Shown in pieces: positions 41,694 to 52,048 of a stretch of 64,000 bases of DNA. The DNA is from Bythopirellula sp. (GTDB lineage: Bacteria; Planctomycetota; Planctomycetia; Pirellulales; Lacipirellulaceae), in assembly GCA_965216565.1 (NCBI GenBank), contig OZ244170.1, positions 2,304,001-2,368,000 on the forward strand, read 5' to 3'. The translations under genes were made by a program, and so were the position numbers. Position 1 is the stretch's first letter. Each line of letters opens with the position of its first letter. Under the pieces are notes generated by a model. That model worked only from the letters and a program-made list of their open reading frames with translations. It was not told the origin of the DNA and ran no database searches.

Positions 41694-42487
41694 TGCAGAA
41701 TTGCCTCGCGTCGCAGGTGTTTATGAACAGCAGAGTTGTTCTTTGAGTTGAATGCTAAGTTGCTTAACTCCCCATCGGTACTAGGCTCCACCAAGAGGAG
41801 CAGCTCTCGATCGAAGTGTTCCCAGTGGATGATTCCTAGCCCGTCGATGGGCATGCGATTGTTTACGCCGAAGTTCATGCCGGTCGAGTGACTGGCAATA
41901 CTCCCAGCAATTTGCTGCATGTGTTCCAAGCGAAACCAACGGCTTGTGTCCAACTTCCTAGGTTGAAAACGTGCGTTGTTTCCAATTGACTTATAAATAG
42001 CTTCTTTCAATGCCCACACAATGGCCGGGATGACCCCATCACCCGAGCTTGCATCGCACCAAGCAGCCTCGCGTGGCGTTAGCCACATACGTTCGATTCG
42101 CGTGCAATCAGATTCAAGATTGACGATGTCGAGGCCCAAGCTCGTACTCAGATCCAGCGATATTGCGGCCGCACAGATGTAATCTCCGTGCGAGATTGTA
42201 AGCTTCCACGGCTGGAGCCGGCCCTGAATAAGGATCCGTGGCGCGATACCTTGCCGGAGACCGTTGCGTGATTCGATGTGGATATCGCTAAGCCCCATCC
42301 TCTGGCAATTTGGCAATTTCTGTAGCAGTTGTTTAGCACACCAACGCCCCCCCAGCCAGGCAAGAGTAGATCGGTTCGAAGGTAGATCGACGTAGTGGGT
42401 CCACTCAGCGTTAGACAGCCAAGACTCAGCGGGGCATTCTTCCGCAAGCTGGTTCAATTCAATAGCATGAGTGAGGACGTGCATCAA
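41690..42487 (-). CDS. 4'-phosphopantetheinyl transferase (Sfp-like)
   Basis: GRWCAK, TISH, GLD and WALKEAIYK; translationally coupled to the PKS. Confidence 0.87.
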   Translation of the reverse strand: MMHVLTHAIELNQLAEECPAESWLSNAEWTHYVDLPSNRSTLAWLGGRWCAKQLLQKLPNCQRMGLSDIHIESRNGLRQGIAPRILIQGRLQPWKLTISHGDYICAAAISLDLSTSLGLDIVNLESDCTRIERMWLTPREAAWCDASSGDGVIPAIVWALKEAIYKSIGNNARFQPRKLDTSRWFRLEHMQQIAGSIASHSTGMNFGVNNRMPIDGLGIIHWEHFDRELLLLVEPSTDGELSNLAFNSKNNSAVHKHLRREAILQ

Positions 42488-45400
42488 TCTGCATCCACAA
42501 CGAGTGACGATTGATAGCCCTTCACGTCCATGATCACATCACCTGCTTCACCAAGAACTACAAAGTCGTGTACGTCGCCTACTTCGTTACTCGACTGGTA
42601 GAAGAATCTCAAAGTGCAAGTTTCAAACTCCCGGGGTAGTCGCACCTGTCGATACTGCTCGATGGAGTGAGGGAGACCCACGCTCGTTTCCAACATGCAA
42701 AAACCATAGAATCCGCAACAAACCATCGACCCATCTAGGACTAAACTGGCCACCTTCATCGCTCGCGGCTGCCGATCACCCATCACTTGCTGGATCGATC
42801 CACTATTGAGTCGCGCCCTGCCTCCCCCGTGCTTGTAGTCCAATTGGTTCAGGCACTGCATGGGCTGGCCGTGAGAAATTACAATCTCTTCCGGATAGTA
42901 AAACGGGGACCAACCAAAAATTGGCGTTCCTGGATTAATGGGTTCAATCTGTGGAGGCTTGCCAAAGCGAGCTATTGCCGAGGAATAAACTCGCTCTTCA
43001 TTGATTACATCGCCCTGTGAATTGGAGAACGGAGCAATCACTTTACACGAGATACCATCAGCGACAGATTCGACCCGAACACGAACTTCACGAGCTTGGT
43101 TATCTTGAAATGCCATGCCCTTTTCCATATGGACATTTGCAAATCCGATGAACTCCTCGTCTGGGCACAGCAATTGGGCTGCCTCGGCCATCATCTCCAT
43201 CGAGATCACACCGGGCAAGAATGGTCGATCACGGAAGCGATGCTGCGCGAGGAACGGATCGTTTACCGGATCCAGTAAACAGGTGGCCTCGAAAACATTC
43301 GGCTGATTCCCAGCCACGAACGACTGAATCATCGGCAAGTCCGACGTATCGGAATTCGGAGATTCGATTGAGAGTGATGCAGCGCTACGAGGCTGCCGCT
43401 TAGGCTCGTCGCGTGGAGGTGTGGGTACAGCGGACGGTGGCAATGGAGCCGGTACTGTAGTGCGGGTCATCGTGCCATCCGTGTCGAGTATGCCACCTTG
43501 GTCAAGCAGCAAGACCTCTCGCTCCGGCGCACCTGCCAGCAATTCATTGATTAAATGGTTCGCGCCCTCATTAGCTGGCATGTAGGCAAGGCCACTGGCC
43601 TCGAGTGCCATGCGACTCTCTGGTCGCATGGCCATTCCTACATCGCCCCAAGCAGGCCAGTGGAAGCACACAGCGTGAGTTTCGGGTCGTTCCTGAGCTA
43701 GTCGGCTAGTCATTTTGGCCAACAAGTCGGACGCCAAAGAGTAGTCCGCTTGTCCTAAACCGCCGAAGCGACCGCTCGTTGACCCAAAGCCGACAAAATA
43801 CTGCAGCGGATCGTTTTGCGTGAGCTCCATCAGCAGCGCGGCTCCATCGCATTTCGAAGCGATCGTGCGGCGAACATTTTCTGGTTTTTTGCTGACAAAT
43901 TTACAGGCCGCTTCGATTCCTGCCCCGTGAATAATTCCCTCAATGGGTCCCTGCTCGGAGCGAATGCTTCGAAGTGTCGATTCCAGCTCTGTTCGATTGG
44001 TGATATCGCAACTGTGATATTGCCAGTCGATGCCCTCTTCGCTGAATTGCCGCAAACTTCCGTCCAACTCGATCGCTTTTTCGATCCGACTCCACTCGTC
44101 GATTGGCGATAAGCCATTAGCCCGCGCTTCGATGGCAATCTCTCGCTTCAACTCCTTGAGCTGAGCCTGATCCATTCCACGCCATCTAGCATCAGCAGCA
44201 GGTTCTGGAGCTGTGCCAAATAGGTGCAACTTGAGTTGGAATCGACGACCGATCTCGCGGGCGACCACGGAAGTCACGCCCCGTCCGCCACCGGTGCAAA
44301 TCCACACTCCGCCCGCGCGTATCGCGGATTGATCGCCTGCAGGCACTTCTTGTTGTACCGCTTGAACTACATACCGCTGACCATCTCGGTAGGCGACTTC
44401 TAAGTCTCCGGTACCACCGGCTAGTTCTTCCAATAGCAAATTCGCCGCTTCAGTCGGGCTCGGACTCGCATCACAATCGACAACCTTCACTTGCAACTGA
44501 GGATGTTCCCGACGTAGTGCTTTGGCGAAGCCAGTGAGACCTCCCCCAGCGAAGTCCGTGATCGCTCCGCCAAAACCCAAATCCCCGCCTAGGCGAGTGA
44601 CAGCGGAAACGGTGACACTCTCCGAAACATCTTGGGTTGCTAAGGTGATGAGCCATTTCTGGACGTCAGCACACAATTGCACAAACTCGTCAGACGGATT
44701 CGAACCAGCTAGCTGTCGACCTAAATCTTCGCCGCAGCAAGCGAGTATTAAATGTTCGGGAGCTTCTCCACCGAACTCGTTCATCACTGAATCTATGTCG
44801 GCATGGACAGAAGCTGTGCCGCCTTGCTCTCGAATTGCAACGGAACATGCCTTGGCAAATTCGCCTTCCCCCAACACTCCGTAACGCTTTCCAGCACAGA
44901 CGCTACGCGGGTTGGCCGGCGGTAGGTTTTCTACAGTCGTCCTTAAAACCCAGCGTTTCATGACTGTAGTAATCTGATCTTCTTCGACAAAACCCTGCGT
45001 TCGTTTTGGTTGCGGTAGATATTCGGATAAGTTGAGTGTAAACGTACCACCAGATTGTTTGTGTACGAACCGAATTACTTGGGAATCGTTTGTCTGTGAT
45101 TCGTGAAATGCACGTTGCATCTCTGTGCCCTGCTGGACCGGCACCGCTTCTCTAGCCCCACCATCGAAGCTCAGGTATTCAGCACTTCGTCGAGTGGGGC
45201 TGCTTAGGCCGATACACCATTGGCCCTGGATTGCTAACTCGCTCAGCTGGGACTTGGCATCTGCCAAGGTGGTCGACTTCGCTAGAATCTGATGCAAACG
45301 ACCTGTTACCTTCACCACGTCTTCGGCCAATGTGTTTGCACTGAGAGGTTCGCAACTCACAGCAAGCCCTGCCGAGTTGACGCCAGCACGAATATGAATC

Positions 45401-48400
45401 TGACCCACTTCGGCAATACCCAAGTAGGGAAGTTGCTCGACTTCATGATGAACATGTACTGCTACGGGAACCGCAAAAGCTCCGGTACCACTAGCGGTTG
45501 CCGTATCGTCGCTAAATCCGCAGACCCAGTTGCTCATTGGTGCGAACTGTTGGTTGAGCTTTACGACTGACTGCTGCGGGACACTCGCCCCAATGGCTGC
45601 CCCTACCAGTGCGTCATTCAAGGCACAGGGCCATTCGACTAGTTCGTTCGTTGCGCTCGTCGACCAACTATCCATCATACGCGCCAGAGCAGCCTGAACC
45701 TCGTCGCGCAACATTTCGCCGTACTGGCGGCCTCGCTGATCCGCAGTTCCATAAAGTTCAACGACCTGCACGACGTCTTGCTGTGTGTTGCCACTAGAAT
45801 TCCGCTCAGTTGCTATTGGTGCCGTCACTTCGGGCGCAGAAACGGGAGTTTCCACAGGAGCTGAAGTAACGGACGTCACTACTTCCACAGACACGATTTC
45901 CGAAGCGGCCATCGGTGCTGCGGAGGCCCCTAATTCTTCCTGGAGGAAACACAATACATGGCCAAGGGTGGGGAAGTCGTCCAAAGATAAATCTTCCCGT
46001 GGGGCAATCTGGAAATGGGCTCCCACTTCACCAAACAGCTGAGCTTTCTTGATGCTATCGATACCCAAATCGGCTTCCAGATCGGCATCAAGTTCAATGA
46101 TCTCCTCGGGATAGCCTGTCTGCTCAACCACGAAGTCGACCAGGACACGACGAATCTCGCTATCGTCGATGGAAGTCGATGTTTCCATGCTCGATGGAAT
46201 TGGTTCCGCAGATACCGACCCATTAGAGTGGCTGAGCGTTTCGGCAGAAGTTTGGGAACTGGAGGGGGGAGTCTGACTCTCGATCAGGCCCACAGTGGGA
46301 TTGCTGGCCGGCTCTGGCGATGAAGCGGAGGAGGCACTGAGTTCTAAACACAGAAATTCCAGTACATGCCCCAAGGTAGGAAAATCATCCAGAGACAAAT
46401 CTTCGCGGGGCGCGATCCGAAAATGCGCGCCCACCTCGCCGAAAAGTTGGGCCTTTTTGATACTATCGATTCCCAGATCCGCTTCCAGATCAGCATCGAG
46501 TTCGATGATCTCTTCCGGATAGCCCGTCTGCTCAACCACAAAATCAATTAATACCTGACGGATTTCCTGCTCTGCAACAGCTCCACTTGTGGGAGCCACG
46601 ACACCAGCAGGCGTTTGTGCCACGGGCGCCGGCAATGGAGCAGAGTCGTGGACAGAATCCTGAATTCGAGAGGCAGGCATTTGAATCTCTTGCTCGACCG
46701 TCGTTGTACTCCCATTCGCACTAGATTCGATACTCTGAGTCGTGACAGGGTTTGAATCCGTTCCGGCTCCCAGTTCTTCTCGCAAAAATGCTAATACATG
46801 CTCTAGAGTAGGAAAATCATCCAGAGACAAATCTTCGCGCGGCGCGATCCGGAAATGTGCACCCACCTCGCCGAATAGTTGAGCCTTCTTAATGCTATCG
46901 ATTCCAAGGTCCGCTTCCAAATCGGCATCCAACTCGATGATTTCTTCTGGATAGCCGGTCTGCTCTACAACAAACTCTATCAGCACCTGACGGATTTCGG
47001 CTTCTGCTACGGCGGTGCTATCCGAAGCAGCGGCCACTGGGGAAGTGTGTTCAGTTTGTTGCACAACCAATTCCGACGACGTACTTGCAGGTTGTGGGGA
47101 AGCAGGCTGTGTTGATGTCGCTGGAGCACTGACGGACTCGGTCGAAAAGCTCGATTGAGTCGTGGAGCCGTTGCTATGCGTGTTTTCGTATTGGTTGACG
47201 GATCCATTCGATCTGACTGACGCCTCTGGAGAAGCCGCAGGGGCAGCACCCTCGTTCGCTTTAGCTTTGCGGACCTGGGACCCTACTGAATGGCTCTTAC
47301 CCGGAGCAGTGCCGCCCTTCGATGCGGCCCGTAAACGTTCGCGTCGTTTCTCAGTTGCATCAAAGACTATAAACTGAGCGTCTCCTCGTCGGCCTCGGAA
47401 GGTAGGATCTTGGGCCCGTGTTCCTGGAACAAGACAATCAAGGCACTCTGCCTGGGCTTGAATATCGATGATCGCCAACTCACCCGGACGCTGGGAGTTG
47501 TCCGTAGACATGAATACAACTTCTGATTCGGGAAGATTCCGCTTACCAAGTCGGGTAAGTACCTGTTTGGGCCCCACTTCTACCAACAGGGCCGGACGGT
47601 GGCTGAGAACTTGATTGAGAATCTGCGGGAAGTCGACCTTAGTCACCAATTGTTTTTCCAGACTCTGCAGGAACTGTTCCCGCGTGTTCATCTCACCCAA
47701 TTGTGCGGTAGAAACCACAGGAACAGAAGTTTCCTGGAGCGGCATCGATTGCAAACGCTCCATCAGGTTCTCCGCCACAGGCTGCAGCAAGGGAGAATGG
47801 AAAGGGCAGGGCACGTTCAATTTGACTGCTACTTGCTTGCGTTGGGTGAGACTCTGGGCCGCCTGCTCCATGGCGATGGTTGAACCGGAAAGCACAACTT
47901 GGTCGCGACTATTAAAATTGGCAACATAGGCATCTGGTATGTCCTGCAGCACTTCTTCGACGACCTCGATGGGAGCAGACGTTGCGACCATGTGGCCGCG
48001 AGCGCCTGCCGACTGCTCGATCGCTTCAGCGCGGTGAATTGCTGCTCGAATGGCATCGGTTATACTCCAGCCACCTGCGGCAGTGATCGCAGGGTATTCG
48101 CCAAAGCTATGGCCCGCTATTACACTTGGCCGCACACCCCGGCTGCGCAGCGACTGCTCGACAATCCAAGCGGAGACCAACATCGAAGTTTGCGTTCGCC
48201 AGACGGCTTCGCCCAAACCCACCGCCTCGCTGCCTATCAGTTCTTCTAATGCGCCTAGGCCAAGCAGATCAAATGCTGCCTGCACTTGCTCGGCGGCACT
48301 TTGAGCAGCTTGATTGCTAGAAATCAACTCGTGAAACATGCCCGGGTATTGCGAACCAAGTCCGGGAAACATAAATCCCGTACAGCAATAGTCCGCCCGG

Positions 48401-51400
48401 GGCACACCGAAGAAAATTCCCTCCGCGGACCAACGATTTCGCAATTCGTGGCGAAGCTTATCGAATTCCGCGCTGGCTTTTGCAATTTGATTTTGAAGCT
48501 GTGCAGCATCCTGGCAAACAAATGCCATCCTGGCCCGATCCTGTACCTGGAAGCTCCTGCGTTGTTGGAACAACTCTGCCGCGTTCGCATCTGCAAGGGC
48601 GGCAGGCAACGACTTCCAACTGGACGCGCCAAGGCGAATTACTTCAACACTAGAATCATCTTTCAAATTCATTGATTGGAACTGAGCTTTCTGAGGCGGG
48701 CTGACTGCAGGAGCAGGTTTATGGACTGTATCTACGATGGCATGATAGGCGGTGCCTATTTCCATTGCGGAGACGATCCCAATTGAACTGGCTCCCGCTA
48801 CATCAATTGCCTTAGCTTCTTGCAATGGTTGGACGGCAGATGATGGAAATAAACTGGGACGGGGATTCTGTGGGACGATACCCGCGGGAAGCTTCTTATG
48901 ATCCTCAGCCAGGCAAGCCTTGATGACCGCCGCCATTGAGTGATTGGCCCCCATATATCCGAACTGCGAGACCAGCGAACTAACGGGCAGAGGCTCGCTA
49001 TCGGAACGCTTTTCGCAGCAGGCCGTCACCTGATGCAGCATTTGTTCTTCTAAATCTGGGACCGAACCAATGACGTCCATCATGCACAAATCGTCGGGAC
49101 CGATGCCAGTTTGCTCCCACGTTCTTGTGATGGCCTGGCGAATGGCATCGCCCGGCTGCTGCCAATTGGCCCCGCAACCGATACCGCGGATGACCGAATA
49201 AATTTTGTCGCCATCACGCTCGGCATCGCTTAGCCGTTTCAAGGCAAGGACTCCGCAACCCTCACCCGGCACAAAACCTTGGCCATCAGCTTCAAAGTCT
49301 GCCTGAGGATTTCGGGCCAGCATCTTCTGATTGGTGAGGCTCTCATAAATAACGAGGTCCATGCTCCGCTCGCCTACCGCACAAAGCATCATGTCGCAAT
49401 CGGTGCTTCGGAGTGTATCGAGACATACCGAGAGTGCCGCCATCCCTGTGGGCAGACTACCATCGAGGCTTAGCGCTCCGCCTTTGAGATTGAAAGTCTT
49501 CGTGATTCGCGACGCAAGCGTACTGCTGGTGAAGCTACCGGTTTCGTCAATCAGCGCTGGCATATCCTTCAGCACTTGTTTGTCGAATTCGCTTAGAACT
49601 TCCTCGACATTGGACAGGGCGATGCCATTAGTGGCAAAGAGTCGACGCAGCTTTTGAGCAAGCTCTGGCAGGCGCAGACCCACCTGCAATTGATTGGCGA
49701 ATTCACCGCCAAATATTGAGCCCACGACAACGCCGATCCGCTCCCGAGGAAGCTTATCGCCGTAGTAGCCGGAATTCTTGAGGGCCCTGTCGGCCGCATC
49801 GAGGAGTTGGAATTGCAATGGATTCGCGTTGGCCACCTGCTTGGGTGGTACCTTGTGCGATCGCCAGTCGTATTGATAGTCGGTGATAAATCCACCGCGT
49901 GCGCCAATACTGCGGTACTTCTGCGGGCTCGACGAGCAATAGTGCTGGACATTCCAGCGATCTTTGGGAGCGTCGCGTTTGGGATCTTGACCTGATTTCA
50001 GAAGTTGCCAAAACTCTTCGGGAGACTCGGCACCCGGCAAAATCGTGCCAATGCCGATCACCGCGATGGGTTCCAGGGGTTCGGATTTGAGCCGCGACTG
50101 CGGACTGCCCTTCACACCGTAATGTTCGAGTGGCTTGGAAGCGTCGTATTCCTCTAAGACAACATGGACGTTGAGGCCGCCGATACCGAAAGCGTTGACA
50201 GCCGCTTTGCGAGTTTCTCCCTCCGTTCTCCGCGGCCAAGGCTGTGGAGCGTTTGGAAGCCGAAATGGGAGTTCATCCCAAGCAACGTTCTTGTTCGGAT
50301 TCTCAAGGTTAGCGCAAGGAGGAAACGTTTCGTGCTCCATCGCCAGAATTGTCTTAACCATACCTGCCATACCAGCAGTCTCCAGCGTGTGACCAACGTT
50401 GGCTTTGACACTGCCGATGGGTATCTTTTCTTGGCCTGGCTCCGGCTGTGGAAATGTATCGGCCAAGGCAGAAAGTTCAGTGGCGTCTCCCACCTGTGTG
50501 GATGTGGCATGGGCCTCGACATATTGAATTTCAGCAGGCGTAAACTGGCATTTCTCGTAAGCGCGCTGAACTGCCAGTTTTTGTCCTGTTTTTAGAGGTG
50601 CCCAGAGGCTTTTGCCTTTGCCATCGGCACTCATTCCGATGCCTCGAACCACACATCGAACGGGATCACCGTCGCGAACTGCAGCTTCCAGGGTTTTGAC
50701 GATCACATTCACGTAACCTTCAGATGTCACCAGTCCACTGGCGTCTTCGTCAAACGGCCGAGACCTACTATTCGTCACAGACTGAGCTGCTGAGAAGAGG
50801 ATGAGCGATTCCTTTTTGCAAACAGAGGCTCCCCCGACAACCGCCATGTCGATGTGCCCTTGCTGCAGGGCCCGCGAAGCTAAGGCTAGAGCCTGCATTG
50901 ACGATGCACAGGCCGCATCGATCACCATCGACGGGCCCTCAAGCCCAAATGCCCTACTAATCAGTTGCGCACCTGTGCTTGAATCTAGCTTTAGCTCTGC
51001 GTTTGAATCTCGATGGTCGTTCTCGCGCCGTACTTCCTCGATCAACTGGTCGACAACCGCACGCCGTTGTTCAACGGGAAGATGAGCCAACGAATCAAGG
51101 TCCATCAGGTAATTTGCAACTTGCTCGATGTAGATCGCAAATACCACATCGCCAGCTTTGTTCGTTCCGCCGGTATGGCCTATATAGACACCGACGTTTT
51201 TGGTCGGCAAGTTAAATGGATCGAGTTTCGCATCTCGTAAAGCGTCTGAGGCAACCTCGCAAGTCGTTAGATGTGCGGGATCGTAGTCACCCAAGATTCC
51301 CTCGGGCAGACGACATTTGGTATTGTCGAAGGGCAAACGATCGACGAGTCCACCCATAAACGAATAGCTCTTGCCTAGGACTCCCTTCTCTGGATCGAAA

Positions 51401-51549
51401 TAGAGTTCTCGATCAAGAATCTCTTCTGGCAGTTCGCCGGTTGCATCTCGAGCCGAACGAATCAATTCCCAATACTCGTCGGGGCCATTCGCACCGGGCA
51501 CCCTGCAAGAGATACCAATAATTGCGAGTGGTTGAGATAAGGAACTCAT
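42484..51549 (-). CDS. Iterative type I PKS/PUFA-synthase-like megasynthase: KS-KS*(CLF)-AT-ACPx3-C45-like-KR-DH
   Basis: KS1 DAACASS/EAHATST/NVGH; KS2 lacks the Cys (DGSLPTG); AT GHSFG plus PFHS; three DLGIDSIKK; KR TGGGRGVT..YSLAS; DH HRFRDRPFLPG. Confidence 0.95.
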   Translation of the reverse strand: MSSLSQPLAIIGISCRVPGANGPDEYWELIRSARDATGELPEEILDRELYFDPEKGVLGKSYSFMGGLVDRLPFDNTKCRLPEGILGDYDPAHLTTCEVASDALRDAKLDPFNLPTKNVGVYIGHTGGTNKAGDVVFAIYIEQVANYLMDLDSLAHLPVEQRRAVVDQLIEEVRRENDHRDSNAELKLDSSTGAQLISRAFGLEGPSMVIDAACASSMQALALASRALQQGHIDMAVVGGASVCKKESLILFSAAQSVTNSRSRPFDEDASGLVTSEGYVNVIVKTLEAAVRDGDPVRCVVRGIGMSADGKGKSLWAPLKTGQKLAVQRAYEKCQFTPAEIQYVEAHATSTQVGDATELSALADTFPQPEPGQEKIPIGSVKANVGHTLETAGMAGMVKTILAMEHETFPPCANLENPNKNVAWDELPFRLPNAPQPWPRRTEGETRKAAVNAFGIGGLNVHVVLEEYDASKPLEHYGVKGSPQSRLKSEPLEPIAVIGIGTILPGAESPEEFWQLLKSGQDPKRDAPKDRWNVQHYCSSSPQKYRSIGARGGFITDYQYDWRSHKVPPKQVANANPLQFQLLDAADRALKNSGYYGDKLPRERIGVVVGSIFGGEFANQLQVGLRLPELAQKLRRLFATNGIALSNVEEVLSEFDKQVLKDMPALIDETGSFTSSTLASRITKTFNLKGGALSLDGSLPTGMAALSVCLDTLRSTDCDMMLCAVGERSMDLVIYESLTNQKMLARNPQADFEADGQGFVPGEGCGVLALKRLSDAERDGDKIYSVIRGIGCGANWQQPGDAIRQAITRTWEQTGIGPDDLCMMDVIGSVPDLEEQMLHQVTACCEKRSDSEPLPVSSLVSQFGYMGANHSMAAVIKACLAEDHKKLPAGIVPQNPRPSLFPSSAVQPLQEAKAIDVAGASSIGIVSAMEIGTAYHAIVDTVHKPAPAVSPPQKAQFQSMNLKDDSSVEVIRLGASSWKSLPAALADANAAELFQQRRSFQVQDRARMAFVCQDAAQLQNQIAKASAEFDKLRHELRNRWSAEGIFFGVPRADYCCTGFMFPGLGSQYPGMFHELISSNQAAQSAAEQVQAAFDLLGLGALEELIGSEAVGLGEAVWRTQTSMLVSAWIVEQSLRSRGVRPSVIAGHSFGEYPAITAAGGWSITDAIRAAIHRAEAIEQSAGARGHMVATSAPIEVVEEVLQDIPDAYVANFNSRDQVVLSGSTIAMEQAAQSLTQRKQVAVKLNVPCPFHSPLLQPVAENLMERLQSMPLQETSVPVVSTAQLGEMNTREQFLQSLEKQLVTKVDFPQILNQVLSHRPALLVEVGPKQVLTRLGKRNLPESEVVFMSTDNSQRPGELAIIDIQAQAECLDCLVPGTRAQDPTFRGRRGDAQFIVFDATEKRRERLRAASKGGTAPGKSHSVGSQVRKAKANEGAAPAASPEASVRSNGSVNQYENTHSNGSTTQSSFSTESVSAPATSTQPASPQPASTSSELVVQQTEHTSPVAAASDSTAVAEAEIRQVLIEFVVEQTGYPEEIIELDADLEADLGIDSIKKAQLFGEVGAHFRIAPREDLSLDDFPTLEHVLAFLREELGAGTDSNPVTTQSIESSANGSTTTVEQEIQMPASRIQDSVHDSAPLPAPVAQTPAGVVAPTSGAVAEQEIRQVLIDFVVEQTGYPEEIIELDADLEADLGIDSIKKAQLFGEVGAHFRIAPREDLSLDDFPTLGHVLEFLCLELSASSASSPEPASNPTVGLIESQTPPSSSQTSAETLSHSNGSVSAEPIPSSMETSTSIDDSEIRRVLVDFVVEQTGYPEEIIELDADLEADLGIDSIKKAQLFGEVGAHFQIAPREDLSLDDFPTLGHVLCFLQEELGASAAPMAASEIVSVEVVTSVTSAPVETPVSAPEVTAPIATERNSSGNTQQDVVQVVELYGTADQRGRQYGEMLRDEVQAALARMMDSWSTSATNELVEWPCALNDALVGAAIGASVPQQSVVKLNQQFAPMSNWVCGFSDDTATASGTGAFAVPVAVHVHHEVEQLPYLGIAEVGQIHIRAGVNSAGLAVSCEPLSANTLAEDVVKVTGRLHQILAKSTTLADAKSQLSELAIQGQWCIGLSSPTRRSAEYLSFDGGAREAVPVQQGTEMQRAFHESQTNDSQVIRFVHKQSGGTFTLNLSEYLPQPKRTQGFVEEDQITTVMKRWVLRTTVENLPPANPRSVCAGKRYGVLGEGEFAKACSVAIREQGGTASVHADIDSVMNEFGGEAPEHLILACCGEDLGRQLAGSNPSDEFVQLCADVQKWLITLATQDVSESVTVSAVTRLGGDLGFGGAITDFAGGGLTGFAKALRREHPQLQVKVVDCDASPSPTEAANLLLEELAGGTGDLEVAYRDGQRYVVQAVQQEVPAGDQSAIRAGGVWICTGGGRGVTSVVAREIGRRFQLKLHLFGTAPEPAADARWRGMDQAQLKELKREIAIEARANGLSPIDEWSRIEKAIELDGSLRQFSEEGIDWQYHSCDITNRTELESTLRSIRSEQGPIEGIIHGAGIEAACKFVSKKPENVRRTIASKCDGAALLMELTQNDPLQYFVGFGSTSGRFGGLGQADYSLASDLLAKMTSRLAQERPETHAVCFHWPAWGDVGMAMRPESRMALEASGLAYMPANEGANHLINELLAGAPEREVLLLDQGGILDTDGTMTRTTVPAPLPPSAVPTPPRDEPKRQPRSAASLSIESPNSDTSDLPMIQSFVAGNQPNVFEATCLLDPVNDPFLAQHRFRDRPFLPGVISMEMMAEAAQLLCPDEEFIGFANVHMEKGMAFQDNQAREVRVRVESVADGISCKVIAPFSNSQGDVINEERVYSSAIARFGKPPQIEPINPGTPIFGWSPFYYPEEIVISHGQPMQCLNQLDYKHGGGRARLNSGSIQQVMGDRQPRAMKVASLVLDGSMVCCGFYGFCMLETSVGLPHSIEQYRQVRLPREFETCTLRFFYQSSNEVGDVHDFVVLGEAGDVIMDVKGYQSSLVVDAD
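45930..47000 (-). repeat. Three tandem near-identical ACP-coding repeats within the PKS
   Basis: FVVEQTGYPEEIIELDADLEADLGIDSIKKAQLFGEVGAHF occurs three times, separated by Ser/Pro/Thr linkers. Confidence 0.9.
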
Positions 51550-52048
51550 CTGATGCTGCCCCCCTGGAAGCTTAGGCACTGATGTCTTTCGAGAATGACT
51601 GCGGACCACGGGATATCTGAACCAACCCAATGGATTGGCAAGTGCACGACGACTTAGCTAGCTGAACCAGACGCATGCTGAATTCTTACTGCGTTAACCC
51701 AACAAAAATCCGTAGTAGGTGCAAATATGGAAGACTATCATTGTATTTTAGTGGTGGGCCGGTACAAGGGTTTAGGCTATCTAGAGTAAATAGAAAACCC
51801 GGATGGACTGGCTCACTTGTGCACTGATCTCTTGTTGTGCGACTCCTAGATTCGACGGAGAGGCCATCAGCCACCCACCAAGTGCGACAGAATCTTGGTA
51901 TACTGCGAACTTTAAGTAGAATGAGGCAACTGCACTATGGACCATTCACAGCTTCTGGCAGCCCTATTCCTGACGGTTGCGAGTGAGTTTCAGACAGTCT
52001 GGAGCCCAGATTGGCCCTGCAATTCGAACTACTTGGCCAACAAATAGC

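Noticed and set aside
45930..47000. DNA-level repeats suggesting an assembly duplication
   Set aside because: The copies differ at synonymous sites and have distinct linkers, as expected for genuine tandem ACPs.
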